A stretch of DNA of 63,038 nt, counting the filler, from Octopus bimaculoides (lineage: Eukaryota), in the NCBI RefSeq assembly GCF_001194135.2. It is 4 parts of 3 records of this genome, joined end to end, with 100 filler letters (N's around TTAATTAATTAA, not from the genome) between each part and the next. Parts side by side here need not be neighbours in the genome. Positions count along the whole stretch, not along the records: positions 1 to 22,908 come from NC_068989.1; positions 23,009 to 36,359 come from NW_026422816.1; 2 more parts are not named here. The stretch is one strand, 5' to 3'. The translations under genes were made by a program, and so were the position numbers. The notes beneath the pieces were generated by a model that ran no database searches, had not been told where the DNA came from, and was given only the letters and a program-made list of their open reading frames with translations. Shown here one piece after another: positions 12,500 through 24,439 of this stretch (the stretch's first letter is position 1; each line of letters opens with the position of its first letter).

Positions 12500-12840
12500 G
12501 ATAAAGTATTAAAAAGAAACTGGCACTCCATTGGTTATAACAACGAGGGTTCCACTTGATCCGATCAATGGAACAGCCTGCTCATGAAACTAACATACAT
12601 GTGGCTGAGCACTCCACAGACATGTGTACCCTTAATATAGTTCTCAGGATTCAGTGTGACACTGAGTGTGACAAGGTTGGGTCTTTTGAAATATAGGTAT
12701 TACTAATTTTTGCCAGCTGAGTGGACTGAAGCAATGTGAATTAAAGTGTTTTGCTCAAGGACACAACACATCACCCAGAGTTGAAATCATGACCTTACAA
12801 TCGTGAGCCAAATACCCTAACCACTAAGTCATGTACCTTT
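12500..12840 (-). mobile_element. SINE family C (tRNA head + CORE-like domain)
   Basis: GCCAGCTGAGTGGACTG..GTGTTTTGCTCAAGGACACAAC..CCCTAACCACT; its 3' part matches 58041-58140. Confidence 0.75.
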
Positions 12841-13012
12841 ACTAAATAAATATTAAATACTGACAGTATGCAAATTGGTAGAAATGTTATAGTGTGCAAG
12901 TTGTTGGTTCAGTTCTCTGAAGCTACTAAATTTGATGTATATATAAATGGATTGGCTACTTGCTTCACTGAGATTGGTCGAATGATGTAGACATATCTGA
13001 TTCGAACCCAAT

Positions 13013-13380
13013 CATCATCATCATCGTTTAACGTCCGCTTTCCATGCTAGCATGGGTTTGACGATCTGACTGAGGACTGGTGAACCAGATGGCTACACCA
13101 GGCTCCAATCTGATTTGGCAGAGTTTCTACAGCTGGATGCCCTTCCTAACGCCAACCACTCAGAGAGTGTAGTGGGTGCTTTTACGCGCCACCGGCACGA
13201 GGGCCTGTCAGGCGGTACTGGCAACGGCCATGCTCAAAATGGTGTATTTTATGTGCCACCCGCACAAGAGCCAGTCCAGGGGCACTGGCAACGATCTCGA
13301 TCGAAAGACCTTACACATGCCACGGGCACAAGTGCCAGAAAGGCATCGCTGGGCACAGATGCCATCACAATTTCGCTAGG
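13013..13380 (-). mobile_element. RTE LINE 3' UTR/tail
   Basis: (CAT)nCGTTTAACGTCCGCTTTCCATGCTAGCATGGG..., the reverse complement of 1-265. Confidence 0.8.
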
Positions 13381-14449
13381 CTTGTTGAAATGGGGTTCAC
13401 TGTTGTCAGAACAGATATCACTAACTTTCTAACAGTTCCATAAATGCACCACTTTGGATTGGCACTTCTTTTTTCTGATCTCAAAAGATGAAAAGCAAAG
13501 TTGACCTTAGTTGGGTTTTAACTCAGATACCAAGCAGTTGGTACAAATACTCAAGGCATTCTATGTAACACTCTAACAACTGTGTCAATTTCACCACGTT
13601 GTCAAGAATCAACATAATAAATAATGAAGAACTTGAATAGAATGTAATTAGAAATTATTCCAGTGGTGCATTTGAGTCCAAGATATGACTTTGAGTTTCA
13701 ATTGATACAAGTTCACTTCCCTTATGCTGGTAAAACCTTTCAGAAAGGCATGAACTTCTCATAATGTACCTGTATCTACCTTTCTCTGAAATGCAAAGAC
13801 AACTGTTGGCAATAGATTGAAAATTCTTCTTGGAAAGTAAACTTATGAGAGATTGGTGACAGTCATGTTTTTCATCAACTTAAGACCATTGAAAAAAGAA
13901 ATAGATAAATAGATTTTATGAATTCCAGAGTTTATTAAATTGTAGGTTTTGCATGTTTACATGTAAACATGTTTCAACATGTTTACAAATTGAAATATTA
14001 AAGAGAGAGAAGGAAGGTATTCTCAACCATGTTTATTTATAATATTAAATATACATAAAGTTTAATTTGTTGAATGTCACATGTGTGAATAAAAAAATCA
14101 GTGAATTAATTATCAAAGGATAAAAGTTGAAAATGTTTCTTATAAATTAGAACATAATTGGCAGGAATAATCTCTTAGAGAGAAAGTAAAAAAAATGTAG
14201 GTCTAGAGACATATGGCCTCTAGCCATAAAAAAAATGTAACCCTTTAGAGAGTTGAATTTCAAGGCTAGAACCACAAACAAACTCTAGAATGTTCCCAAA
14301 AGCCTTAGTGTGAAAATTAAACTTCTTTAGACAAGCACTGCCTATCACAAACTGATGTCACAGATGCTTGAATGGATATTTCCAAATTATTATTATTTTC
14401 ATTATTAGTAATAGTAGAAGTATCAGTATTAATATTATTATCTTTATAA

Positions 14450-14670
14450 TTAAGGTGGTGAGCTAGCAGAGTCATTATGACAAAATGCTTAGTGGCATAC
14501 CATCCTTCTGCATGATCAGAGTTCAAATCCTGCTGTGGTTAACTTTGCTTTCATCCTTTTGGGATCAATAAATTAAGCTCCAGTGAAACACTGGGGTTGG
14601 TGTAATTCACTAGTCCCCTCCCACCAAATTTCAGGCCTTGTGCTTTTAGTAGAAAGGATTATTATCATTA
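14450..14670 (+). mobile_element. SINE family D
   Basis: GGTGAGCTAGCAGA..AAATGCTTAG..GAGTTCAAATCC..TTTGCTTTCATCCTTTTGGGATCAATAAATTAAG. Confidence 0.75.
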
Positions 14671-15126
14671 TTTACCATTGACAATTACCATAGCCAATAT
14701 TGCCAAATATAATAATTATTATTTGTCAGTGATTTGGCTTCTAAACTTAGACATTTCAAGTTCAAATTTTAGGCGTGTGGTGAGGAGCTATCTGCTACAG
14801 AATGATTATGTCATAGTGTGAACCAGGAATGGGTAACCCTTTTCCTCATCAGGCATCTGCACTACCAAAAAGGATTAAAGTAATTTTTTGTCAGGCTTGC
14901 TATTCAGAAAGTTATGTGGGTTGCAGTTAGCCCATGACTAGTCTAAACAGTAAATATGAAGAAGTTGAGCATCAAATTAAATGAATTTCATATTTGGTTT
15001 CTGCTTCTAGTGCCTAAATTCAAACCCTATTGAACAGAATAAAATTCTAATAATACATACATGCATGCATGCATACATACATACATACATACATACATAC
15101 ATACATACATACATACATACATACAT

Positions 15127-16590
15127 ACAATTGTCTACAGACATTGGGATGAGATTTGGTGAGTCTAAATGAGCATTTTTGACAGTAAAGCCCACCTCTG
15201 TAAGCCAAAAAATGAAAGGCTTAACAATACAACCTCTACAGTCAGGTGACAATTATAGCCATCTCGGACAAGATGTGAATATCAGACATGATGGACCCAT
15301 AAATAAGGAGAGGACCAGAAATGAATGCATCAGGAAGGTAAAGATAATATGGTCATCAGAAATCTCACTCATCACAAATATATTGCCTACAATACTTTTA
15401 CAGTGCCTGTCCTCACACCTGTTTGGCCTCCCAAACTGGTCACTACAAGAACCCAGTGAGATAGATGTTTGAACTTGCAAGCTCTCAGTGTAACAGGAAA
15501 TTTCCTCAATGGAGATGTAGACAAGCTATACTTCCCACACAAGGAAGGTGGCCATGGTCTCAAATCTGTATTGATGTCATATAAAGCATGGATTGTGACA
15601 CTAAAACAACATCTGCAGCAGAGGAAAGACCAGTAACTATCTTGCCCAAGTTTGTGACCATGAAATCTACAACATAATTAGGATAGCTAATGAATTTGAG
15701 GGGAGGCATGAAATAAGAACTGATACTTATCTCTCCCCAAGGAGCATAGGTAAAATCCATTTATCAGAACAGCAGAACTAAAAGTGAACCAGTTCACTGA
15801 GAAGGTATCAAATGGGTACTTGGCACATAAAGCATAAACCATAAAAGGGATTGATCATGTCAACAGCTTGGCATGGAGTACCAACAAGTTTATGACATCC
15901 CTCTCTGAAGGCTACCTCCATGCAATCCAAGGACAAGTGAGTCCCCACCATGTGCCTACAACATGAAAGGCAAAAAACGTTGACAGACAACAAATGTAGG
16001 TTGTGCAAGACCAGGACTGAAGACATCAACCACATTATTGTCAACTGTGGGAGAATGTCTTCCAGATATTATCTTCCCATTGGGTATGATATAGTGGACA
16101 GAATGGTCTGGAACAAGATGACAAAAAAGAGAATACCTCCAAACAAAGTTGACCATATTGAGACTGATGGGTCAAAAGAATACTGGTGGAACTTGAAAAT
16201 CAAAACAGCCACCAAGTTAAAACATAACCAGCTGGATATCGTATGGGACCACAAAGAAAAGATATGTTCTGTTATGAAAATCAGCTGGCCTTGGACATGA
16301 ATGTAGTTAGAAAAATACAAGAGAAAGAAGACATCTATGGACCATTGATAAGATTTGCAAATCCAGCACACAAGATACATTTTCAACTTCATACCCATTA
16401 TTATTGGAGCAACAGAATACATACCATCTTGTCTGGAGCAAAGTATGGCTGAACTTGGAATCTTGGGAAAGAATGCAAATCCTTAATTCATATGCTACAA
16501 ATGATCATGATATCTGGGATTACAAAAATCTACAAGACCTTAAGATTGAAAGGATGATGGTTAAATCAAGATACTCTCCTTCATGACCTT
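15127..16590 (+). mobile_element. R4/Dong-like RLE LINE fragment (RT end, CCHC knuckle, RLE), frameshifted
   Basis: STDIGMRFGESK, IQPLQSGDNYSHLGQD...GPINKER, CRLCKTRTEDINHIIVNC, EYWWNLKIKTATKLKHNQLDIVWD; many stops. Confidence 0.85.
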
Positions 16591-16669
16591 GCTACCAAGT
16601 AGGTGGCTGGTCAAAATTTATTCTAAATTCAAAAAAGAAAGAGAAGACATACATACATACATTCATACG

Positions 16670-17480
16670 GTTTGACTGGAGCTTATGAGCCAGAGAGCTG
16701 CACCAGTTTCCAGTCTGATTTGGCATGGTTTCTACAGCTGAATGCCCTTCCTAACACCAACTACTCCAGAAGTGCAATGGGTGTGTTTATGTGCCACCGA
16801 CATGGGTGCCATTTACATGATACTGGCAACAATCATGACTATGATTTATAGGTGGTTGCCATTTACATGGCACTAGCAACGACCATGACTACAATGCACA
16901 GGTGTCATTTACAAGGCACCAGCAGTGACCACAATGGTTCACAGGTGCCTTTGCATGGCACTGGTAATGTCTACAACTCACGGATGCCATTTACTTGGTA
17001 CTACCAACGACCACAATTCTCAGGTGTCAATGTACATAACACTGTCGGTGATCATGACTACAATGCACAAGTGTCATTTGCATGGCACTGACACCAACCA
17101 TGATAATTCACAGATGTCATTTACATGGTACCATCAACAACCATGACTACAATGCACGGGTGTCATTTACATGGCATTGACAATGACTACAATTATGATG
17201 CATGACACCAGCATGGCCACGGCCTGACTGAGAGCTCTGGCGATATGCTGTGCAGGAGCACAGGATATCGCCAGAGCTCTCAATCACCTGTCATCACCTC
17301 CATGAGGCCCAGCATTCGAAGATCAGGTTTCATCACTTCATCCCATGTCTTCCTGTGTCTACCTCTACCACAGGTTCCCTCCAAAGTTAAAGATTGACAC
17401 TTCTTTGCACAGCTGTCTTTGTCCATATGCATCACATGACTATACAAGCACAGTCATCTCTCTTGCACACCACATACATG
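16670..17480 (-). mobile_element. RTE LINE 3' end: ORF2 C-terminus plus 3' UTR
   Basis: Minus strand VQER*LCLYSHVMHMDKDSCAKKCQSLTLEGTCGRGRHRKTWDEVMKPDLRMLGL (cf. RTE RLRWxGHVxR / GRGRPRKTW), followed by tail sequence related to 13013-13380. Confidence 0.85.
16804..17210. repeat. Degenerate ~40-50-bp minisatellite (about 9 units) inside the RTE 3' UTR
   Basis: Recurrent G(C/T)CATTTACATGGCACT...ACCATGACTACAATGCACAGGT units. Confidence 0.8.
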
Positions 17481-17589
17481 GCACTTGCTTGAGATGCTGT
17501 GAAGTAGGACTGAACCTGAAAGCACATGGCTGGAAAATGAACTTCTTAACTACTCACCATACCTGTACCTATGTATTTGTGGGGGGGTA

Positions 17590-17820
17590 GGTGTAGGCAT
17601 GTGGGTTAGGGTGTTGTTCTCATGATCCGTAAGATTGTGGTTTCAATTCCTGGACCATGTAACGTGTTGTGTTCATGAGGTAAACTGTTCATTTCATATT
17701 GCTCCAGTCCACTCAGCTGGCAAAAGTAAGTAATCTTGCAACAGACTGGCAATCTGTCTAGGGAGCAAATATATATATAATGGAAAGCAGCCCTGTGAGT
17801 TTATATGGCTCAGGAACGAT
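17590..17820 (+). mobile_element. SINE family C
   Basis: GGTTAGGGTGTT..CATGATC..GGTTTCAATTCCTGGACC..GCTCCAGTCCACTCAGCTGGCAAAA. Confidence 0.7.
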
Positions 17821-17844
17821 CTTCATCCTTTATCTTACATACAT

Positions 17845-18205
17845 ACATAGAAGTTAGCTTTTCAACCACATGGCTCCAGGTTCAGTCTCACTGTGTGGCA
17901 CCTTGGGCAAGTGTCTTCTACTATAGACTTTGGCCAACCAAAGCCTTGTGAGTGAATTTCGTAGACAGAAACTGAAAGAAACCCATCATGTGTGTATGTG
18001 TGGGGGGTGTCCTACCGCTGCTTGACAACCAGTGTCAGTGTGTTTACATCTCCGTAACTTAGAAGTTCAGCAAAAGAAAGCAATAGAATAAATAGCAGGC
18101 TTTAAAAAACAAAATAAGTACTGGAGTCAATTCATTCGATTAAAAATTCAATGCAGTGCCCTAGGGTGGCCACAGTCTAATAACTGAAACAAGTAAAAAA
18201 AGATA
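17845..18205 (+). mobile_element. SINE family B (CORE-like), CpG-decayed
   Basis: GGTTCAGTCTCACTGTGTGGCACCTTGGGCAAGTGTCTTCTACTATAG...GAAACAAGTAAAA. Confidence 0.8.
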
Positions 18206-19281
18206 CAAAGATATATATATATATATATAATATACGTATACCACAGGGCTTCCTTCGGTCAGAGCTGACCATGAGTAGTATCCATGCTGTTTTCAGCTTG
18301 GCTGGAGCAGCGNNNNNNNNNNNNNNNNNNNNNNNNNNNNNNNNNNNNNNNNNNNNNNNNNNNNNNNNNNNNNNNNNNNNNNNNNNNNNNNNNNNNNNNN
18401 NNNNNNNNNNNNNNNNNNNNNNNNNNNNNNNNNNNNNNNNNNNNNNNNNNNNNNNNNNNNNNNNNNNNNNNNNNNNNNNNNNNNNNNNNNNNNNNNNNNN
18501 NNNNNNNNNNNNNNNNNNNNNNNNNNNNNNNNNNNNNNNNNNNNNNNNNNNNNNNNNNNNNNNNNNNNNNNNNNNNNNNNNNNNNNNNNNNNNNNNNNNN
18601 NNNNNNNNNNNNNNNNNNNNNNNNNNNNNNNNNNNNNNNNNNNNNNNNNNNNNNNNNNNNNNNNNNNNNNNNNNNNNNNNNNNNNNNNNNNNNNNNNNNN
18701 NNNNNNNNNNNNNNNNNNNNNNNNNNNNNNNNNNNNNNNNNNNNNNNNNNNNNNNNNNNNNNNNNNNNNNNNNNNNNNNNNNNNNNNNNNNNNNNNNNNN
18801 NNNNNNNNNNNNNNNNNNNNNNNNNNNNNNNNNNNNNNNNNNNNNNNNNNNNNNNNNNNNNNNNNNNNNNNNNNNNNNNNNNNNNNNNNNNNNNNNNNNN
18901 NNNNNNNNNNNNNNNNNNNNNNNNNNNNNNNNNNNNNNNNNNNNNNNNNNNNNNNNNNNNNNNNNNNNNNNNNNNNNNNNNNNNNNNNNNNNNNNNNNNN
19001 NNNNNNNNNNNNNNNNNNNNNNNNNNNNNNNNNNNNNNNNNNNNNNNNNNNNNNNNNNNNNNNNNNNNNNNNNNNNNNNNNNNNNNNNNNNNNNNNNNNN
19101 NNNNNNNNNNNNNNNNNNNNNNNNNNNNNNNNNNNNNNNNNNNNNNNNNNNNNNNNNNNNNNNNNNNNNNNNNNNNNNNNNNNNNNNNNNNNNNNNNNNN
19201 NNNNNNNNTGTTAAACATATATATATATATGTTAAACATATATATATATATGACCACATGTGTCTGTTAAACATATATATA

Positions 19282-19700
19282 TAGGCACAGGAGTGGCTGG
19301 GTGATAAGTAGCTTGCTTACCAACCACATGGTTCCAGGTTCAGTCCCACTGCGTGGCACCTTGGGCAAGTATCTTCTACTATAGCCTCGGGCCGACCAAA
19401 GCCTTGTGAGTGGATTTGGTAGACGGAAACTGAAAGAAGCCCATCGTATATATGTACATATATATATATATGCATGTGTGTGTATATGTTTGTGTGTCTG
19501 TGTTTGTCCCCCCAACATTGTTTGACAACCGATGCTGGTATGTTTATGTCCTCCTAACCTAGTGATTCGGCCAAAGAAACTGATAGAATAAGTACTCGGC
19601 TTACAAAGAATAAGTCCTGGGGTCAATTTGCTCGACTAAAGGCGGTACTCCAGCATAGCCACAGTCAAATGACTGAAACAACTAAAAGAAAAGAAAAGAA
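19282..19700 (+). mobile_element. SINE family B, full length (tRNA head, CORE-like ACCTTGGGCAAGT, internal microsatellite)
   Basis: A/B-box-like head and CORE-like block; probably one of the tRNA-derived SINE families described in octopus (OK/OR1/OR2), exact assignment unchecked. Confidence 0.85.
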
Positions 19701-21169
19701 AAAAAAAGAAAAGAAAGAAAGAAAGAAAGAATTATGTAGCTGAGTAGTATATCTTTGGTTATGGCATATAACCAGTCAGAAATTTATTATTGGTAGTATA
19801 CAACCAAGGATAGACTATTTAACTCCATAAAATATAACTGCACCAAATGTTTTATTAGAAGGCTTTTATCCTGACTGATATATATGTATATATGTATATA
19901 TATATATGTATACATATATATATATATNNNNNNNNNNNNNNNNNNNNNNNNNNNNNNNNNNNNNNNNNNNNNNNNNNNNNNNNNNNNNNNNNNNNNNNNN
20001 NNNNNNNNNNNNNNNNNNNNNNNNNNNGTGTGTGTGTGCCTGCGTATCTGAAAGGAGCGTGAATGGAAAGAGAAGGAAAAGTGAAAGAAGAAAGAAGAAA
20101 ATTGTGTTTACAGCTGGTCAGTTCTTTCAAGGACAAGTTTATTCTTGGCCTTTTAAAAATGGCAAAACCAGGTGACATTGTTTTGAAGAAAGTTGTTTTT
20201 CAAAAAGTTGGCATCATTGTCCAGTGGGAGAGAGTGCGTGGGTGTGTTTTTGTTTGTGTGCGCGCGTGTGTGCCTGTGTATCTGCAAGGAGTGTCAATGA
20301 AAATGAGAAGGGAAGAAAGAAAGGAAGAAGGAATTGTGTTTACATCTATACAGCTGGTTAGTTTAAAAAAGCTAGGAGAGAAATATGAGAACCAAGTTAA
20401 CTGGGTTCAATTCTAGTTGGCACAAAAATGTCCCACTATCTGGGTTTCTTGCCATTTTTAGGCTCTGTTGTTCCAAAGTTGAATAATGATTAAGAATAAT
20501 GAAATATTGTGATGAATCAATGAGTGAGGTATCTAAATATTGGTAAGTTCATTTTGTCATAGACATGGATCAAAAATAAATATAAAATATAGCATTTCTA
20601 TAGTCATTTACCAATGGTGCCATTGTTTTAGATTGTAATAATTCAACCATGCGAACCAAAGGAGATGGTGACGTAGACGGAAAAGGCTCCTTTTTACCAT
20701 GTCGCACGGTCGAACACAAAAACAAATTATATAACATATNNNNNNNNNNNNNNNNNNNNNNNNNNNNNNNNNNNNNNNNNNNNNNNNNNNNNNNNNNNNN
20801 NNNNNNNNNNNNNNNNNNNNNNNNNNNNNNNNNNNNNNNNNNNNNNNNNNNNNNNNNNNNNNNNNNNNNNNNNNNNNNNNNNNNNNNNNNNNNNNNNNNN
20901 NNNNNNNNNNNNNNNNNNNNNNNNNNNNNNNNNNNNNNNNNNNNNNNNNNNNNNNNNNNNNNNNNNNNNNNNNNNNNNNNNNNNNNNNNNNNNNNNNNNN
21001 NNNNNNNNNNNNNNNNNNNNNNNNNNNNNNNNNNCACACACACACACACACACACACACTCTCACTTTTCCCTCTATTCCTCACCCTCTTTTACTATCCT
21101 ATATCTCTCTCTCCACCCCTACACATTCAATAATACTATAAAAAGAGACATCCTCTGAAGTGAATTCAT

Positions 21170-21330
21170 ATTTGAAAAACCTACAAGAATAGGTGCAAGC
21201 GCTAATATTTATAATACATGGCGCATATTAATAAAAATCTGTAAATGTACAACCATTCAGATATCTGAGTACCTTATTATTTTTTCTAATATATAATTCC
21301 TGTACATCACCTCCAAACCTTCCAATATAT
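21170..21330 (+). repeat. Dispersed repeat family F (other copy 30776-30935)
   Basis: 21175-21288 is the reverse complement of 30777-30890, while the adjacent ~40-bp block is in the same orientation in both copies. Confidence 0.75.
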
Positions 21331-21332
21331 AT

Positions 21333-21408
21333 CATCATCATCATCATCATCGTTTAACGTCCGCTTTCCATGCTAGCATGGGTTGGACGATTTGACTGAG
21401 GACTGGTG
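21333..21408 (-). mobile_element. 5'-truncated RTE tail
   Basis: (CAT)nCGTTTAACGTCCGCTTTCCATGCTAGCATGGGTTGGACG. Confidence 0.85.
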
Positions 21409-22031
21409 ACGTAGACGGAAAAGGCTCCTTTTTACCATGTCGCACGGTCGAACACAAAAACAAATTATATAACATATAGAAGGCTTATCGTGAGAGATAC
21501 GAGCCAAGTGCCAAAAGGTCAAACACAGAGAGTGACAAACACAACCGTTAGTTATTTAAAGAGAATAAATTTATTAACATAGTGAAACTGTTTGTGTCTG
21601 TGTGTGCATGCATGCAACATATATAAATAACACAGAAGATAAGTCAGGCCTTCTTGTACAAGAGTATGTATACAACAATATGAATGACGGACCGTCGTGT
21701 AAGCAATAGTGTGTGTACAATATGTGAGTGTACAAGTGTGTGTGTGAGTGAGAGGAACACAGAACATAGAAAGAGTGTCTGTAACATAGACTGTAAAAAA
21801 TCTTAAAACACTGAGATAGAGAAAAACCAGTTCGTATAAGAGTTACACAAGATAATAGAATATTCATACGCAGGAAGTTGTGGCCAAGGAGCAGAGCTGT
21901 GGTATCACAATATGTGTGTTGAGCGTCGATGCTGTGACTGGTTACCTGATATGGAATATTCTCGCTGGTTAGTTCTGACTGTTGTGATTGAATGCCCAAG
22001 AGAGAGGTTTCACTACAAGATCATGTTTTAG

Positions 22032-22228
22032 AATGGCAAATGGTGCCATTGCTTTAGATCACATACTTCACTATCTTTGTATTTTCATACCTTTACATAT
22101 ACTTTCTCTATCTTTGTAATTATAATTATTTGTATTTTTTCCATAACAGATTTGATCCTAAAAGTGAATCCAAAACTATTTTAGAACTTGTTATTTCAGT
22201 ATCTAAAACAATGGCACCATTTGCCAAT
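22032..22228. mobile_element. MITE-like element with ~27-bp terminal inverted repeats
   Basis: TGGCAAATGGTGCCATTGCTTTAGAT ... ATCTAAAACAATGGCACCATTTGCCA; a third partial copy lies near 20610-20635. Confidence 0.55.
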
Positions 22229-22908
22229 TTATATTGGTATCAAAGTAATTACAATAATCTCCTGGACCATGGTTTCTGACTTTTTTTAGCAAATAAAATA
22301 ATTTGTTAGGTGAAGTCTTCATCAACAGGTACGCCTAGATTAAACATAAGTACGAGGCAATACAGCATGTGCCCCGTGTTTATACATTATAATTTTTCAA
22401 ATCCACCGTGCAAGTGCAGTTTTTTGTCAGCAGAAAATAAAATAATGCTGGTATTAATTCGAAAATTTTTCAGAAAAAATTATCAATAATTAATAATATC
22501 AGAGTAATAAAAATTTAGAAATTTTTATTACCAGTAGCCTAGCGTGTAGAAAAATTAGTCAATAGACTATATATTATTCATATAAATACAGTATACATTT
22601 AAACACATAAGAGGTATCCGTCTTAGGATTCCTGGCATGCTAGAAGGAAGAGCCAAAATCCAAACTACTATAATGGATAAACTTCAAAGGGAATGAAAAA
22701 CAAAAACATTATATATACATACATATATATATACGTATACATGCATATATACATACATATACATATATAGACGGAAAACACGCCGAACACACAGAAAACC
22801 CAGCAACACATGCTTCCTTAAAATACCCCATTTTAGCAAGAGGTTAACTACAGCCATCTATAGAGCCATAAGAATAGGACTAGACATACACACACACACA
22901 CACACACA

Positions 22909-23008
22909 NNNNNNNNNNNNNNNNNNNNNNNNNNNNNNNNNNNNNNNNNNNNTTAATTAATTAANNNNNNNNNNNNNNNNNNNNNNNNNNNNNNNNNNNN
23001 NNNNNNNN
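22909..23008. other. Artificial 100-bp scaffold spacer (44N-TTAATTAATTAA-44N)
   Basis: Six-frame-stop linker inside Ns; identical construct at 36360-36459 and 48681-48780. Confidence 0.95.
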
Positions 23009-23058
<50 letters not shown>

Positions 23059-23326
23059 ATGTATTCGGACGAGTATTTATTCTTCTATGCATATGGGTGT
23101 ATACGCATTAGATTTTTTTCTTGTGTATTCCCTTGCATATATCTAACATTCATCATATATTTTCCTTCTTATGCGGATAATCTCATTCTATATACACATT
23201 TTCAAACAATACCGTGTATATACATGTATATATGTGTGTGTGTGTGTGTGTGTGTATGTGTGTGTGTGTGTGTGAGTGTTTGCATGTGTGTACGTGTGTG
23301 TGTATAATGTATAACGTTAAGTAAAC

Positions 23327-23395
<69 letters not shown>

Positions 23396-23538
23396 TTATA
23401 GATATTCCTGTATATGCATACATATATACACACAGACACAGACACACTCACACATATATATGTATATAAATTGCGAGGGAGCAACTGAGAGATAGAGAGA
23501 GAAGCGCATATATATGCTGCCATACATTCATACATGCA

Positions 23539-23574
<36 letters not shown>

Positions 23575-24439
23575 NNNNNNNNNNNNNNNNNNNNNNNNNN
23601 NNNNNNNNNNNNNNNNNNNNNNNNNNNNNNNNNNNNNNNATATATATACATATACATTCATACATGCATACATACACATATATATATATACACATACACA
23701 TATATTTCCATGAAATTCATCCGACTTGGTATTGATTCATATGTTTTCTTACTGTAGATTCTTTCCGAATGTCGCTTTCTCATAATATATAATTTTGTTT
23801 CCTGATGAAGAACCAATTTCTGAAATGTTAACGTTATCTTCACCTTCTTGTGTCGAATGATTTTAGACTAATTCAGAACTCTCATTAAATAACATTTATT
23901 AATCATTACCAGTAACGTAGTTTTGGGACTAAGCTCTGAGAATAATGTACACACATACACGCAGACACACACAATCACGCACACGCAGAGAAATATCTTG
24001 AGCATGGAAGAACTCCGAAGTCACTGTCATTGGTCTTTACCATTTTTCTTTTTGTCTTAATTGTTTGTCATTCGTCTGCGGCCATATAGTGGCACTGCCT
24101 TGAAGAATTTATGCCAACCGAATCGTCCTCAGTATATTTAAAATCATGTTACTCATTCTATCGGCAGCATTTTCTCTTCCAACGTTTTCAATAAGTCTAT
24201 ATTTTGATTGTATCTGAACTTAAATGTATTTCCTGTAAGTCCGCTATAATTCTCCTTGATATTTTCCTTGATTTGCATTGCATACTCTATTGACCACCGC
24301 CCTACAAAGAAAATACCATGCAGGTGGTACATTTCGGGAGGTTTTGCAGCTTTAAGATGTGATTTAGTGATGAAGATTATTTAAATGTATCAGATGATGT
24401 TATGAGAACGGGGATACCAAATATGTCCCCGTGAGAATC

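Noticed and set aside
16804-17210. CRISPR-like repeat array
   Set aside because: Units are degenerate tandem copies with no unique spacers or cas genes, and they lie inside a LINE UTR.
18177-19284. 300+ aa ORFs here and at 25-26, 34.6-35.6, 39.4-40.4, 49, 51 and 57.6 kb
   Set aside because: They read through N gaps.
21574-22012. Minus-strand terminal exon with AATAAA near 21570
   Set aside because: An acceptor is present, but the peptide is unrecognisable and abuts a MITE-like repeat; evidence is too weak.
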